Positions 1 through 8,816 of a stretch of 64,000 bases of DNA are shown here, piece by piece; the stretch's first letter is position 1, and each line of letters starts with the position of its first letter. The stretch comes from Klebsormidium nitens (Eukaryota > Plantae > Klebsormidiophyceae), in NCBI GenBank assembly GCA_000708835.1, contig DF237093.1, forward strand, positions 34,973 through 98,972. The letters run 5' to 3'. The position numbers and the translations under genes were made by a program. The notes under the pieces were generated by a model that was not told the DNA's origin, did no database searches, and saw nothing but the letters and a program-made list of their open reading frames with translations.

Positions 1-2977
1 CATGTCTTCGAGAAGCGGTTACTGACAATGAACAGATTAACGCCCACCTGCTCTCAAATTTTTATGTTATGAGCAAGAGCACGAGGAGAAGAAGTCGAGA
101 GCAACTGAAGTAAGGTTGGACCCCGTATGGAGAGGACATGTCCTGTAAAAGAAAGTATGCTTGGTAAAATGTAAGAAGCCCAAGGATGCTATAGCAAATC
201 TGACCGACGAACCGTCCCATAGGAACGGCGAAGATGCAGTCGAGCCACGGGCTGCCCTTGATGGCCAAAGACTGAAGAGCGTTGCCAGCGATAATTCTTG
301 CTTTCCGCCATTTCGAGCGACGTTTTGAGAAGTTTACATGTACGCTGAGCACCCGTTGCTGACAGCTTCCCCGCAGGACGGAAGGGAATGCAATCCAAGA
401 AACACCTTCGGTGCTCTAAAGTTCTCCCTAAGTGGGGCTTTGACAAATCGTCTCAATCCGCTGATTTTTAGAGGCCGAAAAAGCCCGCTCACCGTCTTGC
501 CATCCTCAGCCATAGTGATTAACATGGCCTGCTTGTGTAGCTCCGCCCCTCGCGGCGAGGAGACGCACGCCCGCTCCGGGTCGCTCAGATCTCGTGTGAA
601 CTTCCGGCCGTAAGCATCTTGGAACCCGGCCTCGGCAGACCTGCCGACCATGGCGGCCATCAGGGAGCTGCCGTACGCGACGAGCCCCCCGGGAAGATGG
701 TGCAACATCTGGAAAACAGAGACACGTCCTGAGAAGGAGACCGGTAGGAGTCCCCACCGTCAGGTGGAAGTTAGCATCGTGAACATCGGCTGACGTGGCT
801 GTTATTGGAGACGGTTTCTATCCGGCCGGAAGATAGACCACTTGAGGACTTTGCCCATCCAATCAAGGAGGTGCTCAGAGTTCGGTGGCTAATTTTTCTA
901 TCAGTATCAGCGAATCCTCGTTTTGGTGCATGAGAAGAAAGCCGAGCACGCAAGGGAGTTAGGGAAGCCCTGAGAGGCACGATACCCGACACGTCTCAAG
1001 CTTTCTTATGTACCTTGCCGATTGCTGCGGCCCTGCATACCCAGCATCAGAATACTAGATACTGAAACACTTTCAGAATCTCGACAAAAATCAAGTCACT
1101 CGCACATGACTACTTCAAGGCTCCAGCAATCATCTTCTTACTTCACGAGCGGCCTATCAACGACAAGCTGTCTAGTTTCCTGCTGAGATAGGGCTTCTAA
1201 CGTGCCATTTGAATGCGTACCTTCAGCTTCCAACGCACGGCCGGGCAGCTGACCAGGTTCCAGGGCGCCAGGAGCACCATGCGGCCCCGCACCCGCTCCG
1301 GGGCGCGCACCGCCAAGCCAGCCGCAAATAAGCAGCCGCACGAGTGGCCCATAAGACCGAATTTCTCGATGTTCAGCCGGTCCAGCAGCTCAAGCACACA
1401 GTCTGTCAATGGTAAAAGGCGTGTTTAATCGCTTACATTCTTGGGCGGAAAAGAAGAGTGTGCTGCTCAAAAGCTTTCCCCCGTGCGCAGATTGTTGGAT
1501 GTGAGTAGCCAGTTTGGCTGATACGGCATTCTAAGGTCCCTACCAATGTTCGTGGATTACGAAGCTTTAAAAGGGAGAAGAAAATACGACCCTGAAAGGT
1601 GGTCCCTAAGAAGTTCAGACGACTGTAACTGTCGACATCTCTCCAGAACGCGCTCGATAACCAGAGAACTTTTATAATCAGATCTTCAATCAGAATCAAA
1701 CAAGGAATAATCTTGAGCCATTCAGAAGAGCCGAACTTGGCGTTCAGCAAGGGTCCTGATTGGAAAATCTTGCATACTTTAACCCGTTCACGAATCTACA
1801 GCTTCAAGTGCACTGGGCTCAGAAACGCCCGCAACTATTGAGTAGATTCAGTTGGTTTGCCTCACCTGCAAAATTTAGCACATTCAAATTCTCCGGGACG
1901 ACCGGCGTCGTCTTGCCCCTCCCTGGTCGATCCACACAGATCAGGCGCAGGTGCAGCTTTAGCAGCCCTTCTTCCAGAAAGAGTCCATACAGCCGGTTCC
2001 CACCCATACCTGTGAACATGACAACTGGAGCGCCCTGCACCAGAAGCGACAGACGTTCGAAATATTCAATTGGGCCCCGTTACTCTTGATTCAGATTCTT
2101 TTGAAAGTGAGTTCCTTGTTTTTGAGTCTCCAAGAACCAGCATATCCAGCGGGAAAAAGCACACTTTCTGTGCAACGCCAAAACGTTGTGTAGATGAACA
2201 GGTGAGGCGAATTGACAGGGAGCAGAGCTGGGGGAGGAGAACTACGTTACGCAAAGGGCGGCGACCAGATGAGGAAGTGAACGTGTTGCGTGGACTGAGT
2301 CTCATCTTACGCTGGCTGGTCTGCAAGCGGTCATAGATAGTAAGCTGGAAGAGCTTTCCAAGAGACGACCATGCAGTTTCAGCTTTTCTTTAAGGAGATA
2401 TAGCCCCTACAGCAGCATACAGGAACCCGTATCACACAACCTGGGAAAATGGGCATGGTAAAATCGGGTCCAACACATTCCTGAAGAATTACTCAGTAGA
2501 CCTTGTCTGCATACAACTAAGCTTATCAAGATTACTTCAGACGAACCTGAACCAGCGGGTACGCACCAATGAATTGAGCGACAGTTGTCAAATCTCTACT
2601 GCAGTCAAGGAGATATATGTTGCTGATATTCACAAGGTGCCTGAGGCAGTGATGGATAGGGTGGTATACGATTACACTAAGCATAGAGCGCAGGCAATGC
2701 TAATAAAATAGTAGAGGAATGGCTACGTTAGCTCCTCTATTGCCCTTCTGCAGGCTGTGTGCAGGTGTCCCTGCTTCCTCCCCATTCCAACAGATTCTGG
2801 CAGGAGGTGCATGATACTATTCAAACGTCACACCTGGGGGTCGCCAACTTCCGAGTAACTGACGATTGTGCCGCTTTTTGACAGTTGCTGCACCTGGCAC
2901 ATGCGGGGGGATTGGAGCAGCTTCCCAATCTCAGCAGCCATGCCAGAACCAGACGCGCCATCGGACGCCCCCGACAT
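1..2977 (-). CDS. Alpha/beta-hydrolase fold protein, multi-exon; the 3' end probably runs off the window start and the first exon is tentative
   Basis: Exon ~1819-2040 encodes PVVMFTGMGG...LRLICVDRPGRGKT. Exon ~1197-1409 encodes ELLDRLNIEKFGLMGHSCGCLFAAGLA (G-x-S-x-G nucleophile elbow). Further exons near 490-710 and 230-290. Tentative first exon 2977-2894 (MSGASDG...RMCQ|gt). Confidence 0.8.
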
Positions 2978-3808
2978 TGGAGACCTCCCAGAGAACTTCT
3001 AAACGATTCAAAGCATCTGGAGAGGAAAAGCAATCAAGGGAGACTTATGGAGGCTGGCAGACTGGCAATCTTTGAAAGATACGGCTAAGTTTTGAGCTGC
3101 AAATATGGTTGTGCACATGAACAGCTTAAAGAACCGCCTGGGAATTGCACTGCCGTCGTAGCCAGCAGGTCCCTGCTAATCCAGCACTTTGACAAACTCT
3201 TGTCACAAAAGCTTGCAGCTGTGCTGGGGCCAACAGAATTGAACAACGTCGTTACTGTTTTGATGGCAACCAGCAGACCCTAAATCATTGCGCAGCACAT
3301 GCGCACTGCGCCTCAGCATCGGCCTGAGTCCAGTTGCGTTGAGCAGTGTCCTCTACGCCGACGGCGACGGCGACGGCCCCAAAATCAGGTACACGTTTCT
3401 GCACTGAGCAACTCTGCGCAAGCAAGCATGCATGATGCAGTTCAGACTTCCAGTCGTTGGTAACGGAAGAGGACTTCGAAAGCTGATGCCTCTGACGTCA
3501 CAACCATCTGAATGGAAGCCTCATGGATTGCCCGCGTCCCATACGTCAGCACACGCTGAAGGGACCCCTTTCCCGCCCCCTGGGCAGGGGTCGGGCCCCG
3601 TCGACGAAGGCAGCTGGCCGTGCATGAGCTTGCTTGCAAGTTGCACAAACCCATTTATAGGCTTTCTGTTGCATTCCTGATTCATACAATCCTCCGTCTC
3701 ATCTCAAAGCGCCATTGTCACTGGCACTACTCGTGTCTCGTCCTTTCTTTCTTCCAGTTTCAGCTCACTGTCCTGCTGCAGCTCAATTCACACCATTTTC
3801 CGCTGACC

Positions 3809-4285
3809 ATGGGCGGCAAGGCCAAGAGCTACATTCGCGAGGGGGAGCCCCACCTCAAGCCCTTCATTGTCGTGCGGGGCGCAGACAAGGCGCTGGAGTT
3901 CTACCAGAAGGCGCTCGGCGCAGAAGAGCTCCATCGGCTGCGCTCGCCCACCGGAAAGGTGGTTCATGGGGCAATCCGCATCCAGGGCTGTCTCCTCATG
4001 ATTGCAGAGGAAGATGCTGAGAATGGGTTCAAGTCTCCTGAGCTCCTGGGCGGGTCAGCAGGAGGATTTGCTGTGTACTATGAGGACTGCGATGCGGCGT
4101 TCAAGAGGGCGGTGGAAGCGGGGGCAAACGTGGTTCATGAAGTGCACGATCATTTCCATGGGGAGCGGTGCGGGACGATCCAGGACCCCTTTGGGCACCA
4201 GTGGGCGATCACGACGCTGATTGAGGATCTGACGCCGGAGGAGGTGCAGAAAAAGATAGACGATATGATGGCACCGCCGTCGTAA
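3809..4285 (+). CDS. VOC/glyoxalase superfamily protein, PhnB-like, intronless, 158 aa
   Basis: ATG at 3809 (accATGg context), in frame with ORF 3620-4285. Motifs PFIVVRGADKALEFYQKALGAEE, HGAIRIQG, AFKRAVEAGA, GTIQDPFGHQWAI and EDLTPEE are typical of the bacterial PhnB-like VOC family. Confidence 0.9.
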   Translation: MGGKAKSYIREGEPHLKPFIVVRGADKALEFYQKALGAEELHRLRSPTGKVVHGAIRIQGCLLMIAEEDAENGFKSPELLGGSAGGFAVYYEDCDAAFKRAVEAGANVVHEVHDHFHGERCGTIQDPFGHQWAITTLIEDLTPEEVQKKIDDMMAPPS

Positions 4286-7200
4286 GTGGGGCCGTATTGA
4301 GTTTGTAAAGCTGAGAATGACAATGTTGAAGGGTTTGTTCTGTAATGTATACGTCTTGCTTAATAGCACAGCCCAGGAGCAGCTGCTGCCCAGCTGCTGA
4401 CTTGTTGAGCTTGTGAGTAGTGATAAAATTCCGTACAAGTTGCTGTAAGTGGTCTAGAAATTTTCACTTAAAACCTTAAGATTGCTTACTATATCATTAG
4501 TCTTGTCTTGTGAATATGAGAGTTGGGGTTGACAAACAATAGATGGACGTGGAAAATTTCGCTGACAAGATACTCTAAGAACATACTTTGAATAGTATAT
4601 GCACAGTTTCAGATCCTCTATATCTGCCCAATCTTCTTTCCCATACACTCCTGTCGGCTTGATTGAATGCTGGCTCCTTCCCGGACGCTGATCAGCACGC
4701 GGATTGCAAGGGCAGTGTGGATCTGGACCATCAGATTGGAAGAACTTGCGTCTGGGTTGGAGCTTGATGCTTTTGAAGCTCTTGAAAGTTGGTTCAAATG
4801 TATGATGAACATTTGACTGTCTGTCATTATGGAGGCATGAATCCTAAGTGATTCCATGTGATAACCCGTCGTGCATGGCCCACTCTGTTGAAATTCCAGG
4901 CATGGGCTGCAGCTACTTCTGCGCTATCCTAAACACACAATTGGTTCGTGTGCTCACAAGGACCACTGTCTGAGGGGTGCATATGGTGGGCTGTAATGCA
5001 TGGGGAATGATTGGCATGTGATCCATCTCGACGACAGTAAATCAATTTCGATAGCAAGCACTGCACGATCATGCAGCCCAGTGGGCTTGAATGAATAATG
5101 CATCGTAACTATCAAACAACTTCGAGATCAACTTGTGGAGCAAGGCGACCGAGCTAGGAGCAGCAGTGAAGAGATAGAATCAGTCGAAGTGAGAGCTATC
5201 TTGCACAAAGGACCTTGGAAGGTAGAGAGCAAATCCATGACAGTGCACGAGTCCAATGATTCTCGTGCCAAAATTATTGAAATTCCCCTGATTCAGTGCA
5301 GGCCGAGGAGCGCAGCCGGATGCGCCTCTGCGCATCTTGACCTCACGAGCCTCGATCAACGTTATCAATACAAAGTAGTTTATGTGCGGGCTCTGTCAAA
5401 GGAGACCAGTGGCTTAGCGATCAAATGCTCGGGTGCCTGGATATCAAATCTGGACAGCTCAGAATTGTCTTTTGACCTTAGACTGCATTTCCTGGGTGTG
5501 TACAGTAATATGTATGTGATGTTCCCGATTCCTAATTCAGCGCGTCGGCCCCTTCAGACCATCTCCCAAACGTTCTGGTAACATTGCGCGCCGCTCGACG
5601 GCGCAACTGGACACACGTGACGAGTTCACATGAGTCCGCAGCTCAAGCACGGAGACCTGGAGGTTTCCAGCAAAGTTGCTTTGCTTGGCCCTCGCTTGCT
5701 TGCGCCGAGTTCAAACCGGCAGGAGGAGCCGCTGATTAGACAGAACTCAACACCTTTCAGAAAGCGAAGCAAGCCATCGATCTATCGATCGTGAGCCAGC
5801 TGGCACCTTTTCTATGGTACATTCAGCAGGCCACACTGGCCCCCGTGGCTTTACACATTTTCGAATTCAAAAACATTCTCCTTGTGTTTCAGGGCGTTCC
5901 GCTTGACCCAACGAATCGCCAGTACTGGAACTCGTTCTCAAGCCGCTCCAAGCGCAGCGCTGCGTGGCGCGCACCTTTAGAGGGACGTTGGCGCACCGTG
6001 TCTTCAATGATGTCGGCGTGCGCGAAGGCGTGACTCTGGCCGACAGTGACAACGCTCGGTCTGATTGACGTTGGTGTTTTTGCAGGGGGACACTCGGCGG
6101 CACCCTGAGAGGAGGCGCTCTCACTGACGGTTGTCAGTTGGATAAGGGGCCCCTTGCACGCGCGCAAAAAGGTGGAGGGCTGGTCGTTCGCGGAGCATCA
6201 TACGGAAATCCGCCCGACTTACGAGGTCAAAATTGAGATGGACTTCGCAGAAGGCCTGACCTGGGTACTCGGGGAAGAACGGCTTGCCTGTATCCTCAAA
6301 ACCCTCTAACTTCTTACAGCTAATAGTCAGTCCCGATTTTGAAAGCGGCCGTGCTTGCGGGCAAGATCTGGATTTTTGCTGGAAACAAGAATCGAGGACC
6401 CAACTCGATGAATCAACCTATCTGCTTTTCTTGTTCGGAGCCGCTCTTAATTATCGACGCTATCAAGAGGTTCAATTTGGTTGTGAAGACATATTCAGCC
6501 CCGAACTGACTGAGCGGACTTCTAAGATACCGGTCTACGTGAGCTCCTTGAAAAACTGAATTAGAAGACAGCCGCCCAGCTTAATTACGGGACCGCTTTG
6601 GAAGGAAAACCCGACTTGTTAACACCGTGCCCATTCTCCTTCTTCAAAGCAACTCCTTCCGGCTTTGAAGGACATCCACCACACCTAGACGGCTGCAGAA
6701 ACGCAGAGCCGACAACTACGATAATCCATTAGTTGGATGAGGACTTTCTATGGTCAAGCTTACAACCCCCACCTGATTTACCTGAAAGCACATCAGAGCG
6801 GTTCAAAAGTTCATCACGTCTTGTGCAGTCGCGTTCTCACCAAGCCGCTCAGTTCCGCTTGTAGATCGGGGAGAAGTCTCTGGGGTCCGGGGCGGCCAGC
6901 ACCAGCTTTCCCTGACGACTTCCCTTGGAATCTTGCACCGGGCCATGCGAAGAAGCGCAGCTCGTTCGCTTGAATTGCGCGCGAGCACGTGCACTTCTTC
7001 AGTTGCAGAAGATCAGCAAGTCCTGCAGGAAATCAGAGACCTGATGGGCAGCTCACATCGCTTGACCCTCGTTCCCTTCGTATGGTCCACAAACCTGCGA
7101 AGCAATTCTTTTTGTGATTCCGGGGTTTCAGTGACGCATTACAGGGAGTTGTGTAGGCTCTCAAAATACCGCTCTCAGCTCTGGGCGACTTCACCGTGCA

Positions 7201-8600
7201 AGTTGGAGAAGAAAAGGGAATAAGGTCAGGTAACAGATTGCAGATTATCAGGTCATGTCTATTCCACTCTCGATGCTTGCGGCCTCAGGAATTCTTCATA
7301 CTAAGGCGTGCGGCGTGTCAGAAACTTTGCCAACAGATTGTACAAGTTCATTTGGCATGTTATGAAGCAGCCTTTTGGAATTACAGGGGTCGACAAGCAC
7401 AGAAACAAGGTAGATTGAGATGTCGAAGCTCGTTCCTGTCTTGACCGAATTTGGTTCTGCAGTAGACCAGATTGAAATGGTAGCAAGCAATCAAGCAGAG
7501 TGGAGTCATTGATTATATTCATCAGAGATTCTTAGATTGAGTCATGTACCGTCAATTGGAAAAGCTCGGAAGCTCGCTGCGCCTCTAAAAGCACAGACCT
7601 TCGAGCATGGCGCATCACAGGTCCTGTTCAAGTTGTACGAATAACCCTTCAATCATACATGGCTTGCAGATGCATTTACTCAAAGAAAACAGCATAATGA
7701 CTCATCGATTGGAAGATGAACTCACTTCGTTTAGCTGACATTTGAGTTAAACCCTCGAACCTGTTTGAGTAGATGTTGCTTACTGGTTTGCCAGCTTAGG
7801 GAGCAAGAGCGGCATCTGATGTCCACCAGTACTGAACCACTCTTGGAGGGCTGGCCTCTTTTGGGGACTGGCCTCCAGTGCGAAAATGACTTGTACTTGG
7901 AAGCGCGGGCCCGAGATAGAGCGGCTTCAGGAACAATGGCTCTACATAAAGCGCTTGACCGTATGAAACTGAATGCGACCGCCGATCTGACGTGGTTCTG
8001 ATACCTGAACTAATGGAACTGCAGGGAGGCGAGAACGGGGGCCGGGGTCAAGGTGTTCAATGTCGAAGGCCGGTCGGAATCCTCGTTGCATCAATCTGCT
8101 GCGCTTGTTTGTGAACTCTGGTACGTAATTCGTTGCCTTCAACGGACGGGCTTTCTGAGAAGGTTAGAAAGTATAACCTACAGGACTAGAGGACCATCCA
8201 AAATCTAAAAAGTCAGTTCCCGGGTCAGATGGGGGTCAGATTTGTTATTTTCCCTGGTGAGTGGAGGAGGGCGCCTCGGGGGCGCCTCCCCCCGGGCCTC
8301 CCTAGTGGGCGCTCATACAGTGAGGTGAGCAGGTGCAGGTCGGATGCACGCACGGCCGCGACTTTTGTTTGAACTTGAAACTGTCAAGCTTAAACATCTG
8401 AACGTACAGTTAGAAGTGAAGGCGGCTGGCCGCTGCATGCGTGGCCGGCGCCCGGCCGGCCGCGCAAGGTTACGTCCGCGGCGGCCGTATTGCGCCGCCT
8501 AGTGGGAGGGGTTGGGGTTTGAATTTTCAGACCGCCGTACGCGGGCCCGCCTGGCCGCCTGCTCGCGACTAGTGCGCGCATTTGTCCAGGGGTGCTTCGG

Positions 8601-8610
8601 TTTAGGGTTT
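8601..8610 (+). promoter_or_regulatory. Telo-box (TTTAGGGTTT) upstream of fusion gene copy 1
   Basis: Exact plant telomere-repeat motif ~210 nt upstream of ATG 8817, just downstream of a GC-rich tract. Confidence 0.4.
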
Positions 8611-8816
8611 GCTCATCATTCATCATTCATGCTTCGCCTCTGATATCTAGCTGAGCGTGAACAGGGGCGCTTCCAACACCTAGCAGGGCGCTTTTGATAT
8701 GCATCTTTCCAGCGCTTGTGAACATCCGTCTTTGATTGACACTGCCAGACGAGGATTTTGTTCATGAAGCTGTTTAGACGGGATTATTGGATTGTCGTTG
8801 AGCACTGACGGAAGGA

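Noticed and set aside
3620-3808. 63-aa N-terminal extension of the VOC ORF
   Set aside because: Family similarity begins at MGGKAKSY (ATG 3809, good context); the upstream part looks like 5' UTR.
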